Part shown: piece after piece, positions 1-9,446 of the stretch | How the letters are laid out: each line of letters starts with the position of its first letter | Numbering within the stretch: position 1 is the stretch's first letter | DNA from: Sphingomicrobium sp. | GTDB taxonomy: Bacteria > Pseudomonadota > Alphaproteobacteria > Sphingomonadales > Sphingomonadaceae | DNA length: 64,000 bases | Assembly (NCBI GenBank): GCA_030447545.1 | Contig: JAUJOV010000005.1 | Span: 3,308 to 67,307, forward strand | Direction: 5' to 3' | Translations under genes and position numbers: made by a program | The notes under the pieces: model-generated | What the model was told of the DNA's origin: nothing | Database searches by the model: none | What the model saw: the letters and a program-made list of their open reading frames with translations, nothing else

Positions 1-775
1 TGGATTGTGGGTCGCAGCTGCGGGTGGCCTTTACCTTCTGCTGTTCAGCGGGCGTCTGGTGAAGGCCGGGCACAAGCATGAGGAAGTCAAGACCCGTGAG
101 GCGCTCGAGCGCTTCGGCGAGCCGGGTCTTGCCGGAGCGCAGCTCGGCTCGGCCATATCGTTCGCTGAACATTCCCCGTTCCAGCCGGTCCGGGCACTCG
201 CGAGCCTGGCGGTGTTCGTCGGCGCCGTAGCGCTGGCTGCGCTCGAGGTCGCTCCGATCGCGGCAACAGCCTTTGCCGGTGCGGTGCTGCTGATCCTGAT
301 GCGCATCATCACCGCCGATGAAGCCTATCGGGGCTTGAGGCCAGAAGTGCTGATGCTGATTGCCGGAATGGTCGTGCTTGGAATCGCGCTCGACGTGACG
401 GGGCTCGCTGCGGAAGTCACCGAGCAGCTGATCGGCACGGTCGACGACATGAGCCCGCTGCTTGCGCTGATCATCATCTATGGCGCGACCCTGTTCGCGA
501 CCGAGATTCTGTCGAACGCGACGGTGGCCGTGCTGTTCACGCCGGTTGCAGTGTCGATGGCCGAGGCCATGGGGGTCAGCCCGCGGCCATTCCTGGTGGC
601 CGTGATGCTCGCCGGAAGCGCCGCCTTCGCGACGCCCTTCGGCTACCAAACGAACGTGCTGGTCTATCAGATGGGCGGGTACAACTACCTGGACTTCGTG
701 CGCGTCGGGATCCCGTTGAACTTCATCACCTGGGCGGCCGGGATCATCGCCATCCAGTTCTACTTCCCGTTCTGA
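1..775 (+). CDS. SLC13/DASS-family (citrate/dicarboxylate/sulfate) permease, 5'-truncated by window edge
   Basis: Multiple hydrophobic helices; motifs TEILSNATVAVLFTP and FATPFGYQTNVLVY..GGY...DFVRVG typical of SLC13 C-terminal half. Confidence 0.85.
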   Translation, partial: GLWVAAAGGLYLLLFSGRLVKAGHKHEEVKTREALERFGEPGLAGAQLGSAISFAEHSPFQPVRALASLAVFVGAVALAALEVAPIAATAFAGAVLLILMRIITADEAYRGLRPEVLMLIAGMVVLGIALDVTGLAAEVTEQLIGTVDDMSPLLALIIIYGATLFATEILSNATVAVLFTPVAVSMAEAMGVSPRPFLVAVMLAGSAAFATPFGYQTNVLVYQMGGYNYLDFVRVGIPLNFITWAAGIIAIQFYFPF

Positions 776-1905
776 GCTCCGCTTCGGCGGCGGTATTCGC
801 GAAGCACTGGGTCGAGCGGCAGCGCTTCGATGCGAGCGCCATTGCCTTCCATCGTCTCGGCCTTGAACAAGGAGTTCAGCACGGCTTCTTCGGTCGCTTC
901 GGCGACAGCTTGGAAAAGCGGAGACATCTTGTCGTTGGGAAGCTCCTCGGAGGTGCTTGCCGAACCGCGCGGGGCGGCCGTTCGGCGCACCGACTGGGCC
1001 GTTGAAAAGGCGATCGCATAATCACCCGAGCCGCTGGTGAAGGCCGAGCCGGTGCGGGCGATTCCGGCGAAGGACCGGCGGGCAAGGCGTTTGAGATTCC
1101 GCTCGGACAAGGGGGCGTCGGTCGCGATCACCACGATCACCGATCCGTCGCCTGACGAGGACTGGAGCTGATCATTGAGGAAATGCTGGCCGAGCAGCTG
1201 GCCCGCGGGCACTCCGGCGACGTTGAGGACTCCGCCATAATTGCTCTGAACGAGGACGCCCACCGTGTAGCCGCCGAGGTTGACGGGAAGCCGGCGCGAG
1301 CTGGTGCCGATGCCGCCTTTCCAGCCGAAGGCGACCGTGCCCGTGCCGGCGCCGACATTGCCTTGCGCCACCGGCCCGGGACGCGCGGCGGCGATCGCGC
1401 GAAGCGCATCCTCCTTGGTGACCCGGCGCAGGCGGATGGCGTTGAGCGTTCCGTCGTTCGTCTCGCCGACGACGGCGTTGACTGAGCGGACCTGCTCGTT
1501 CCCGGGCTGGCGGAGCGTCCATTCGACCGCGCCTGCGACCGCTTCGGGCACCGACAATGTGTTGGTCAGCAGGATCGGAGTCTCGAGCTCGCCCAACTCC
1601 TCGACCTGGGTGCTTCCGGCGAACTTGCCGAAGCCGTTGAAGACGTCGAAGCCGGCCGGCAGCTTGTCCTGGAACAGGTTGCCGGAGTGCGGGACCACGG
1701 CAGTGACGCCGGTGCGGATGTTCGCGCCTTCGATCAGCGTCACGTGCCCCACGGCAACGCCCGCCACGTCGGTGATCGCGTTGAGCGGTCCGGGCTCGAG
1801 GATGCCGATGCGGATGCCGGCATCTCGCGCGCGCGGGCGCTGGGCTGAGGCCTCAGCGGGGGTCATGAGGAAGCCGAGCAGGAGGAGCAGAAGCCAGGCC
1901 TTCAC
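760..1905 (-). CDS. DmpA/P1 (S58) family aminopeptidase with N-terminal signal peptide
   Basis: GPLNAITDVAGVAVGH, NGFGK, GNVGAGTG, GWKGGIGTSSR, DGSVIVVIATDAPL (G-S autocleavage site), SGDYAIAFST; GTG start at 1905 after a purine-rich RBS. Confidence 0.9.
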   Translation of the reverse strand: MKAWLLLLLLGFLMTPAEASAQRPRARDAGIRIGILEPGPLNAITDVAGVAVGHVTLIEGANIRTGVTAVVPHSGNLFQDKLPAGFDVFNGFGKFAGSTQVEELGELETPILLTNTLSVPEAVAGAVEWTLRQPGNEQVRSVNAVVGETNDGTLNAIRLRRVTKEDALRAIAAARPGPVAQGNVGAGTGTVAFGWKGGIGTSSRRLPVNLGGYTVGVLVQSNYGGVLNVAGVPAGQLLGQHFLNDQLQSSSGDGSVIVVIATDAPLSERNLKRLARRSFAGIARTGSAFTSGSGDYAIAFSTAQSVRRTAAPRGSASTSEELPNDKMSPLFQAVAEATEEAVLNSLFKAETMEGNGARIEALPLDPVLREYRRRSGAQNGK

Positions 1906-1926
1906 TCCCCTGCCCCTCCGCTGCAC

Positions 1927-2580
1927 CTAGACCGGCGTGATCTCGGCGGCGCCGGTGGTGTCGCCCTGGCCCTGGTCGGGCCGCGTCTCGAACACTTCGT
2001 CGATGATCCCGAATTCCTTGGCTTCATCGGCTTCCATGAACTTGTCGCGGTCCATCCACTTTTCGATCTCCTCGATCGGCTGGCCGGTGTATTTCGAGTA
2101 GAGCGCATTGAGGCGCGAGCGCATGCGCAGGATCTCGCGCGCCTGGATCTCGATGTCCGCGGCCATGCCTTGGGCGCCGCCCGAGGGCTGGTGGACCATG
2201 ATCCGGCTGTTGGTCAGCGCAATCCGCATTCCGGGTTCGCCGGCGGCCAGCAGGAAGCTGCCCATCGAGGCGGCCTGGCCGATGCACACGGTCGCGACCT
2301 TGGGCCGGATATATTGCATCGTGTCGTGGATCGCGAGGCCCGCCGTCACCACTCCGCCCGGCGAGTTCAGGTACATGAAGATGTCCTTCTTCGGGTTCTC
2401 GGACTCCAGGAAGAGCAGCTGGGCGGTGACCAGCGAGGCCATATGGTCCTCGATCGGGCCGGTGATGAAGATGATCCGCTCGCGCAGCAGCCGCGAGTAG
2501 ATGTCGAAGCTGCGCTCGCCGCGGTTCGACTGCTCGATGACGATCGGAACGAGCTGCGAGACGATGTCCTGGTGGTCCAT
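1927..2580 (-). CDS. clpP: ATP-dependent Clp protease proteolytic subunit
   Basis: [31 protein letters not shown] (catalytic Ser), MVHQPSGG; ATG at 2580. Confidence 0.98.
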   Translation of the reverse strand: MDHQDIVSQLVPIVIEQSNRGERSFDIYSRLLRERIIFITGPIEDHMASLVTAQLLFLESENPKKDIFMYLNSPGGVVTAGLAIHDTMQYIRPKVATVCIGQAASMGSFLLAAGEPGMRIALTNSRIMVHQPSGGAQGMAADIEIQAREILRMRSRLNALYSKYTGQPIEEIEKWMDRDKFMEADEAKEFGIIDEVFETRPDQGQGDTTGAAEITPV

Positions 2581-2617
2581 TATCGGGTCTTGATCCTTCA
2601 AGCGACTGGCCGCGCCT

Positions 2618-2646
2618 ACATCGGCGGGAAAGGCGCAAGGTTCAAG
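2618..2646 (-). promoter_or_regulatory. Putative RpoH (sigma32)-type promoter of clpP
   Basis: CTTGAA-N16-CCGATGT on minus strand ~40 nt upstream of clpP ATG; resembles heat-shock consensus. Confidence 0.45.
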
Positions 2647-2658
2647 CCGGCTTTCCCG

Positions 2659-2700
2659 ACGAGAAACGGGCGGCGAGGATGCCCCGCCGCCCGTCCTCGT
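2659..2700. terminator. GC-rich hairpin downstream of TonB-dependent receptor gene
   Basis: ACGAG..ACGGGCGGCG-loop-CGCCGCCCGT.CTCGT inverted repeat ~20 nt after the receptor stop. Confidence 0.65.
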
Positions 2701-2717
2701 GCCAAGCCCTTGAAAGG

Positions 2718-4236
2718 CTACATCTTTACCGACCGCGGGCGTACAGATAGCGGCCCGGAACGTCGTAGGTCGTCGGGTCGAAGTTGTTGAGGCCGCAGCT
2801 GATGCACCCAGGCGGGTCCTTGTCGAACAGATTGTTGACGCCGAGCGCAAAGCCGAACCGGTCGTTGAAGGACGGCGAAATGAAGCGCATCTGCACGTCC
2901 GTGTAGAAGCGGGATTCGAGCCTGTTGTCGGCCTGCGTTTCCCTCACGCTCTTGATGTAGCGGCCGGTCAGCGACAGGCCGACGTCGCGCCCGTTCCAGT
3001 CGACGATGCCGATCGCCTTGTGCTTGGGGAATGCCTGGTCGGGGCTGCCCTGTTCGGTGCCCTCGCGGCTGATCGTCTCGGTGCCGGTCGCGGTCGGCGC
3101 GATCACGTCATAGTCGAACAGGAAGCTGTTGTTGAAGATCAGGCCGAACGTGCCGAAGCCTGTCCTGAGGCCGCGGTAGGCGAAGTTGAGGTCGAGCCCC
3201 TTGGTCTCGATCCCGGCGATGTTCTGGAGCACGCCTTGGATGTTCGAGATCTGCCCGCCGGCGACGCGGTTGACGAGCGCGCAGGCGGCCGCATCGTTCT
3301 GGATCACGCAGCGCTGCAGGGTCGTTGCCGCATCCTGCGACTGGATCGCGCCTTCGATGTCGATCTTGTAGTAATTGGCCTCGGCCGAGAAGCCGCGCAG
3401 GAACGCCGGGCTGTAGACCGCTCCCACGTTCCAGCCCTTCGATGTCTCCGGCTCGAGGTTGCGGTTGCCGCCGGTGATCACCGAAAGCTGCGGGTTGAGC
3501 TGGGTGTAGCCCGCCGGCACGCCCTGGGCCGCGCAGTTGGCGAGGATCGCAGGGGTGGGGTTCTGGTCGGCCGAGCAGGGGTCGAGAAGCTCCTGGTCGA
3601 AGCGCGACGGCGTTCCGAACAATTCGCCGACGCTCGGCGCCCGGAAGCCTTCCGAGTAGGAAGCGCGCAACCTGAGGTCGCGGACCGGCTTCCAGTTGGC
3701 GCCGCCCTTGAAGGTCGTCGTCGAGCCCGATTCCGAATAGTCGGAATAGCGCGCCGCGCCGCTCAGCTCGAGCAGCTCGAAGAACGGCCGGTTGGCGAGC
3801 AGCGGAGCGTTGATTTCGCCATAGGCCTCGTCGACATTGTAGCCGCCCTTGGTCGGGAGCGCCGGAATGTCCGAGCCGAGGCCCGCGGCGACTACGGGAT
3901 CGGGGTCGAAGCGGCCGAAATAGTCGCGGTGCTCGACGCCGACGGCGACGCCGAGCGGCCCGCCCGGCAGCTCGAACAGGCTGCCCGAGACGTTGCCGGT
4001 GACTCCCCACAGCTTCTGGCGGCTGCTGTCGTTCTGCTCGAAGGCGACGAAATCGAGCATTTCCGGAGTGATCGAGCCCCGATTTCGCCGCTTTGCGTCG
4101 CCTCGTCGGTCGGCGCGGCCTGGGCTTCCTGGACGTCGGGCGGCGGCTGCGTGCTTTGCGCCACGGCCGGGCTGGATGCGACGAGCATCGCCGCAAGAGA
4201 AACGCTGGCACGAAGTGCGAAGTGCTGGCTGGTCAT
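2718..4236 (-). pseudogene. TonB-dependent receptor with internal deletion (signal peptide joined out of frame to C-terminal barrel half)
   Basis: Signal peptide MTSQHFALRASVSLAAMLVASSPAVAQ (from 4236) ends at ..SGEI (~4081), then other-frame barrel sequence ([44 protein letters not shown]); plug domain absent; further 1-nt frameshift just before the probable ..SVKM* end at 2718. Confidence 0.85.
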
Positions 4237-4383
4237 GTTAAATCCCCCCGTAGACGCCCATGAATTCAACGCTAACAGGCGTGTCGGGACAGTAACAAAC
4301 CTGCCGCTTTTTAGAATATGGCCAAGGCTGTTCGGCCGGCAGGTGCAGCTTTTCTGTAACAGGCGCGAAAATCGCCGCCGGTT

Positions 4384-5322
4384 TCAACCCGTTGGCGGCG
4401 GGGGTAGTGCGAGATAGGCAAGACGCCTGACCTCCCGACGGCCGCGGGTGACGGTGTCGAGGATCAGCCCGGCGAAGAAGCAGAGCACGGCGATGATCGT
4501 GATTCCAGTCGCGAGGATCGCGGTCGGGAAGCGCGGGACCTGACCCGTCTCGAGGTACGTTGGCACGAGGGGAGCCGCAAGGATGATCGCCACCAGCAGG
4601 AGGAGCGCCGCAATTCCCCCGAAGAACAGGACCGGCCGCTCGATGCGGTAGAGGGTGAGGATCGTCTTCAGGATCCGCCAGCCGTCGCCATAGGTGGAAA
4701 GCTTCGAGTGCGAGCCCTCGGGCCGCGCGGCGTAGCGGGTCTGGATCTCGCCGACCGGCATCCTGAGCTCGAGCGCGTGGACGCTCATCTCCGTCTCGAT
4801 CTCGAAGCCCTCGGAGAGCACGGGGAAACTCTTCACGAATCGCCGCGAAAAGGCGCGGTAGCCGGAGAAGATGTCGGTGAAGCTGCGGCCGAACAGGCGG
4901 CCGAGAAGCCGCGTGAACAACCGGTTTCCAAGCAAATGGCCGCCGCGATAGGCCTGGGTCGCCTCGTGCAGCCGGGTGCCCACGACCATGTCGAGCTGCC
5001 CGGCGAGCAGCATTCTCACCATTTGCGGAGCGGAAGCAGGATCATAGGTGAGATCGCCGTCCGCCATCACGTAGACGTCGGCATCGATGTCGGCGAACAT
5101 TCGGCGGACGACGTGGCCCTTGCCCTGCTGCGCCTCGCTGCGGACGACGGCGCCCGCCGCAGCCGCGACCTCGCGGGTGCGGTCGCGGCTGTTGTTGTCA
5201 TAGACGTAGACCGTCGCTTCAGGGAGCGCTCGGCGGAACCCTTCGACGGTCGCGCCGATCGCCGCTTCCTCATTGAAGCACGGCAGGAGCACGGCAATGC
5301 TGGGATGGCCGCTGGTCGACAT
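4384..5322 (-). CDS. GT2-family glycosyltransferase (DPM1/GtrB-like) with two C-terminal TM helices
   Basis: LLPCFNEE, YDNNSRD, GKG, MADGDLTY (DxD), DIFSGYRAF, GFEIETE. Confidence 0.9.
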   Translation of the reverse strand: MSTSGHPSIAVLLPCFNEEAAIGATVEGFRRALPEATVYVYDNNSRDRTREVAAAAGAVVRSEAQQGKGHVVRRMFADIDADVYVMADGDLTYDPASAPQMVRMLLAGQLDMVVGTRLHEATQAYRGGHLLGNRLFTRLLGRLFGRSFTDIFSGYRAFSRRFVKSFPVLSEGFEIETEMSVHALELRMPVGEIQTRYAARPEGSHSKLSTYGDGWRILKTILTLYRIERPVLFFGGIAALLLLVAIILAAPLVPTYLETGQVPRFPTAILATGITIIAVLCFFAGLILDTVTRGRREVRRLAYLALPPPPTG

Positions 5323-5332
5323 AGACCCCCAT

Positions 5333-5440
5333 TCGTCACCCCCGCGAATGGGGGGGTCCCGCTGCCTGTCTAGCCCGGATGGAGCAAAAGCGGGATTGTC
5401 CTTCGTTCGCCTCCGGCCCCCACTTTGGCGGGAATGACGA
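5333..5440. repeat. REP-like inverted doublet (REPIN-like) between tig and the glycosyltransferase
   Basis: TCGTCACCCCCGCGAATGGGGGGGTCC at 5333 pairs with GGCCCCCACTTTGGCGGGAATGACGA ending 5440; each arm itself an imperfect hairpin. Confidence 0.7.
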
Positions 5441-5441
5441 T

Positions 5442-7091
5442 TCACTTGGCCTTCTTCGGAGCAGCCTTCTTCGGGGGCTTCTTCTCGCCCTCTTCGGCCG
5501 CCCTGGCAGCTGCCTTGTTCGCCGGCTCGCTCTTCAAGGGCTTGGCGGGCTTGGGTTCCTCCGACTTCTCCTCGTTGAGGTTCACTTTGGACGGCGCAGG
5601 CTTGCCCTTCGCGCTCTTGGCCGGCTTCGTGCCGACTTCGGCGCCGGGGCCGGACGGGCCCTTGTCCTCGGCGGCAGGCTTCTTCGCCGCCGCCTTCTTC
5701 CCCTTCGCGGGCTTCGCCTGCGCGACGTCATGGCCGCAGCCCGGTCCGTGGACATGACCTTCCTCGGACTCAAGGTCGGCCTCGAGCTCGGCTCGGCTGG
5801 CCTTGCGATCGCTCACCTCGGCCTTGGAGAAGAGGAAGTCGACGACCTTGTCCTCGTACAGTGGCGCGCGCAGCTGGGCGGCGGCCATCGGTTCCTGCTG
5901 GACGTACTGGATGAAGCGGTTCCGGTCCTCGCCCTGATACTGGGCCGCGGCCTGGCCGATCAGCTGGTTCATTTCTTGGCTGGTGACTTCAACGCCGTTT
6001 GCCGCCCCGATCTCCGACAGCAGCAGGCCGAGGCGCACCCGGCGCTCGGCAATCGATCGATAATCCGCGGAATCGCGCTCGATCTCCGCAAGAGCCGCGT
6101 CAGGGTCACCCTCATGGCTCGCCTCGTGCCGAAGCTGGCGCATGATGTTCTCGAACTCGGCCGCGACCATGGTTTCCGGAACTGCGAAGTCGTGGCGCGC
6201 GGCAAGCTCGTCAAGCAAGCGCCTCTTCATGTGCGTGCGGGTGAGATTGTTCAATTCCTGCTGCGCCTGGTCGCGCAGGATCTGCCGCAGCTGCTCGAGG
6301 CCCTGAAGTCCGAGCGATTTGGCGAAATCGTCGTCGACCTTCGCTTCGCCCGCGACCTTCACCGCCTTCACCGTGACCGCGAAGCTTGCCGCCTTTCCGC
6401 GCAACGCGTCGGCGGGATAATCCTTGGGGAAGGTGACCTTGACCTCGCGCTGGTCGCCGGCCCTGGCGCCGACGAGCTGCTCCTCGAAACCGGGGATGAG
6501 CCGGCCGGAGCCGAGCTCCACGCCCATGTCCTCGCCCGAGCCGCCATCGAACGGCTTGCCGCCAACAGTGCCAACGAAGTCGACCACGACCTGATCGCCA
6601 TTTTCGGCCTGCTTGCCTTCGGAAGCATCGGTCCAGCTCTTGTTGTTCTGAGCGAGCCGCTGCAGCTGCTCCTCGACCGCGGCGTCGTCGACGTCGACCG
6701 TCAGTCGCTCGAGCTTCAGCCCGTCGGTGTTGGGCGTGGGTACATCGGGCAGCGCCTCGATCCGGACCTGCACCTGCGCGTCCTTGCCCGGCTCATAATC
6801 CTCGCCGAGCTCCACCTCGGGCTGCATTGCGGGGCGCAGCTTCTGCTGCTGAAGGAGCTGCTGCACGCCATCCTGGACCGCACCCGAGAGCGCGTCGCGC
6901 TGGAGCGCATCGCCGTGCATCTTCTTGATCAGATTGGGCGGGACCTTGCCCGGACGGAAGCCGGGCATGCGCACCTGCGGAGCCATCCGGCGGACCTCCT
7001 GGTCGACACGCTTGTCGATGTCCTCGGCGGGAATGGTCAGCATGAACGCCCGCTTGAGGCCCTGGTTTTCCGTCTCGACCGTCTTGATCAC
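5442..7091 (-). CDS. tig: Trigger factor with long Lys/Ala/Pro/Glu-rich C-terminal tail
   Basis: MPGFRPGKVP ribosome-binding signature, FKBP domain (GDQVVVDFVG..FDGG..LGSGRLIPGFEEQL), AERRVRLGLLL. Confidence 0.97.
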   Translation of the reverse strand: MIKTVETENQGLKRAFMLTIPAEDIDKRVDQEVRRMAPQVRMPGFRPGKVPPNLIKKMHGDALQRDALSGAVQDGVQQLLQQQKLRPAMQPEVELGEDYEPGKDAQVQVRIEALPDVPTPNTDGLKLERLTVDVDDAAVEEQLQRLAQNNKSWTDASEGKQAENGDQVVVDFVGTVGGKPFDGGSGEDMGVELGSGRLIPGFEEQLVGARAGDQREVKVTFPKDYPADALRGKAASFAVTVKAVKVAGEAKVDDDFAKSLGLQGLEQLRQILRDQAQQELNNLTRTHMKRRLLDELAARHDFAVPETMVAAEFENIMRQLRHEASHEGDPDAALAEIERDSADYRSIAERRVRLGLLLSEIGAANGVEVTSQEMNQLIGQAAAQYQGEDRNRFIQYVQQEPMAAAQLRAPLYEDKVVDFLFSKAEVSDRKASRAELEADLESEEGHVHGPGCGHDVAQAKPAKGKKAAAKKPAAEDKGPSGPGAEVGTKPAKSAKGKPAPSKVNLNEEKSEEPKPAKPLKSEPANKAAARAAEEGEKKPPKKAAPKKAK

Positions 7092-7198
7092 TTTTGAACT
7101 TCCCTAATCTTGGCGCGGGTTGCGCTGCTCGCCGGTCCCCCGGACCGGCTGCGTGATTTCCGTGCTCGGGCATCCCCCGGATGCCCTGCGCTCGGAAA

Positions 7199-7283
7199 TG
7201 GTGCGCGCGGAGGGACTCGAACCCCCACGTCTTGCGACACTGGAACCTAAATCCAGCGCGTCTACCAGTTCCGCCACGCGCGC
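7199..7283 (-). tRNA. tRNA-Leu (anticodon TAG)
   Basis: GCGCGCGTGGCGGAACTGGTAGACGCGCTGGATTTAGGTTCCAGTGTCGCAAGACGTGGGGGTTCGAGTCCCTCCGCGCGCACCA; 85 nt, long variable arm, encoded CCA, upstream of tig. Confidence 0.97.
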
Positions 7284-7299
7284 GCGGACGAGCCGCGGC

Positions 7300-7327
7300 G
7301 CTATAGCAAGGATGGCCGCAGGGGCAA
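7300..7327 (-). promoter_or_regulatory. Putative sigma70 promoter of tRNA-Leu/tig
   Basis: TTGCCC-N16-TATAGC on minus strand 17 nt upstream of tRNA 5' end. Confidence 0.55.
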
Positions 7328-7382
7328 GCTGCAGCAACCGGGGGCCGCCGCTCGCGTTGGTTGGTTTTTAGGAGGACCAGCC

Positions 7383-7577
7383 ATGGCCACCCAGCTTCCT
7401 GAATCGCCCCAGCTTCCTGAATCGCCGACGCCGCAGACACCCGAGCCGTCGCTGCCGGGCCAGCCTGACCCGGTTCCACCGGAAGCCGTCCCGCCCCAGC
7501 CCGACGTCGACGTGCCAGTGCCCGGAACGAACCCGTCGCCCGGACCTTCGCCGGGCCCGGCAAACCCGATCGGCTAG
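7383..7577 (+). CDS. Small Pro-rich, probably disordered protein (64 aa)
   Basis: Strong AGGAGG RBS before ATG; ORF fills intergenic gap; contains an exact 18-bp tandem duplication. Confidence 0.65.
   Translation: MATQLPESPQLPESPTPQTPEPSLPGQPDPVPPEAVPPQPDVDVPVPGTNPSPGPSPGPANPIG
7391..7426 (+). repeat. 18-bp tandem duplication CCAGCTTCCTGAATCGCC x2
   Basis: Read directly; encodes QLPESP twice. Confidence 0.9.
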
Positions 7578-7578
7578 C

Positions 7579-8208
7579 CTAGCGGCGCACGCGCGCCGTG
7601 GTGACCAGCGATTCAAAATCGGGGAGCGCGTTCGCATACTAGTGGGAGCGCGCCGCGTCGAACAGGATCAGGTAGAGGCGCCCGCCGATCACCGCGCCGA
7701 CCGCGCGGCCCTTGCGCCACACCTCGTCGGTGTCGAGGTGCTCGTAATCGAACTGGAAGCCCGGATACCCGGCGAACGGCCGAGGCGAGAGGCCGAGCGT
7801 GCGGAACTCGATGGCCCCGCCGCGCACCCGGAACGCGCTCTCGAGCAACGCGGCGATCTCGGGCGCCAGCATGTCCGAGCGGAACTTAGGCACCTGGCGT
7901 TCCTCGCTGCGCCGCTGTTCGACCAGATATTCGCCGCTCGGCAGGCCGCTGACGAAGGTGACGCCGTCGAGATAGGGACCGTTGAGAGTCCAGTCCTCGA
8001 CCCAGCGGACGCTGTCGAAGAAGAATCGCCGCTGCCGGTTCCACGGCCTTGGCGGGGTCACCACCAGCGAGCCGTTGCCGACGCTGGTCGGGCGAACCCG
8101 GACGAGCTGGTAAAGCCCGATGTCGGCGCCGTCGACGCCTGCTCCTCCGGCGCAGCCGGTCAGCGTGGCCGCAACGAGAGTCGCGGCGAGGAGCTTGTGC
8201 TTTGCCAT
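7579..8208 (-). CDS. Hypothetical lipoprotein (in-frame TAG at 7639-7641 near 3' end)
   Basis: Lipobox LTG-C; frame continues after TAG as YANALPDFESLVTTARVRR* to 7579. Confidence 0.75.
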
Positions 8209-8219
8209 TCAGCCGCTCC

Positions 8220-9446
8220 TTAACCGACGATCATCTGGCGGATAAAGGGCGCGTCGGGCGCGGCGGGCTTCATCTGCAGGTAGCGTGACAGAGCCGCACT
8301 CGCCTCGCCTCTGCGGCCTTCCTTGTGCAGCGTGAGCCCGTGCCAGCGCCATGCCTCCGCCGGCGCATCGGGATAGGCGACCGCAATCGCATAGCTCTGC
8401 GCGGCCCGGCGATCGTCGCCCGAGCGGTTGCGAAGCCGCCAGATCTCGCCCTCGTAGAAACGCAACAGCCCGTTCCAGCCGTCCTGCGCCAGAGTCTCGA
8501 TGAGATACTGGCTTCCGCCGGGATCGTTGAGCTTGACCTGATCGTCGAGCAGCATCGCCCGGATCGGCGCGATCTTCGAAAGGTAACGGGCACGGTGATT
8601 GTCATAGACCCGGCCCGGCACCGTCATTTCGGCGGCGGACGCCCTCAGATCCGCCATGCGCGAGTGCGGCGAGGGGTGGGTGTCGAACAACGAGCCGCGG
8701 CGGCGCTGCTTGCGCCGGTAGCGGGCGGTGGCGTCGGCCTCCCCGATCAGCTGCTGCCAGACGTTCGCGGCCTCCATCGGCGGGTAGCCCGCCTGAGCCA
8801 TCAGCAGCGCGCTCATCGCGTCCGCTTCCGCTTCCATGGTGCGGTTGTATTTGAACAGCGACAGGATCGTGCCGAGCTGCGCGAGCTGGACAAGGTCGCC
8901 GGTCGCCACCCCGGCGCCCGCGCCGCCGACGCCCGCGATCATCGACCCGATCGCGAAGATGTCGCTCTTGCGCTTCATGTCGCGCCACAGCCGGATCATG
9001 TGCCGGCGCAGGAAGTGCGCCGATTCGTGCGCGATTACGCCCGCGAGCTGCGCCTCGTTGCGGGCCCTCAGCAGCAGCCCGGAAAAGATCACGGTGAAAC
9101 CGCTTGGGAACATCACCGCATTGAAATCGGGGATATGCGCGAGATAGATGCGCATGTCCCTGGCGGCCGGTCCGCCGACCCGCCCGATGATGTCCTGCAG
9201 ATAGGAGACTAGCGCCGGGTCCTTGATCATCAGGTTCGAGCCCGCGACCTCCTCCTCGACGCGGTCCATCTGCGCCCACAGGCCCTTCTCGTCCTGGTCG
9301 GTAGGATGGTAGCCGGGGCCGATCAGCGGGACCATCGCCCTTGGGCTGATCCGCGCCTGGGCAGCTCCGGTCGCCAGCGAAGCGGCGAGCACGCCGCCGC
9401 CCGCAAGCATCGAGCGCCTGCTAACTTCCACGCAGCGCATGCACAT
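8220..9446 (-). CDS. M48-family zinc metallopeptidase (BepA/Oma1-like) with Tat-like signal and C-terminal TPR
   Basis: SRRSML twin-arginine, FNAVMFPSG, EAQLAGVIAHESAH (HExxH), EAEADA, FDTHPS, C-terminal TPR-like helices. Confidence 0.9.
   Translation of the reverse strand: MCMRCVEVSRRSMLAGGGVLAASLATGAAQARISPRAMVPLIGPGYHPTDQDEKGLWAQMDRVEEEVAGSNLMIKDPALVSYLQDIIGRVGGPAARDMRIYLAHIPDFNAVMFPSGFTVIFSGLLLRARNEAQLAGVIAHESAHFLRRHMIRLWRDMKRKSDIFAIGSMIAGVGGAGAGVATGDLVQLAQLGTILSLFKYNRTMEAEADAMSALLMAQAGYPPMEAANVWQQLIGEADATARYRRKQRRRGSLFDTHPSPHSRMADLRASAAEMTVPGRVYDNHRARYLSKIAPIRAMLLDDQVKLNDPGGSQYLIETLAQDGWNGLLRFYEGEIWRLRNRSGDDRRAAQSYAIAVAYPDAPAEAWRWHGLTLHKEGRRGEASAALSRYLQMKPAAPDAPFIRQMIVG

Noticed and set aside
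7199-7283. tRNA with TAG anticodon as an amber suppressor
   Set aside because: Anticodon TAG reads CUA/CUG Leu codons; an amber suppressor would have anticodon CTA.
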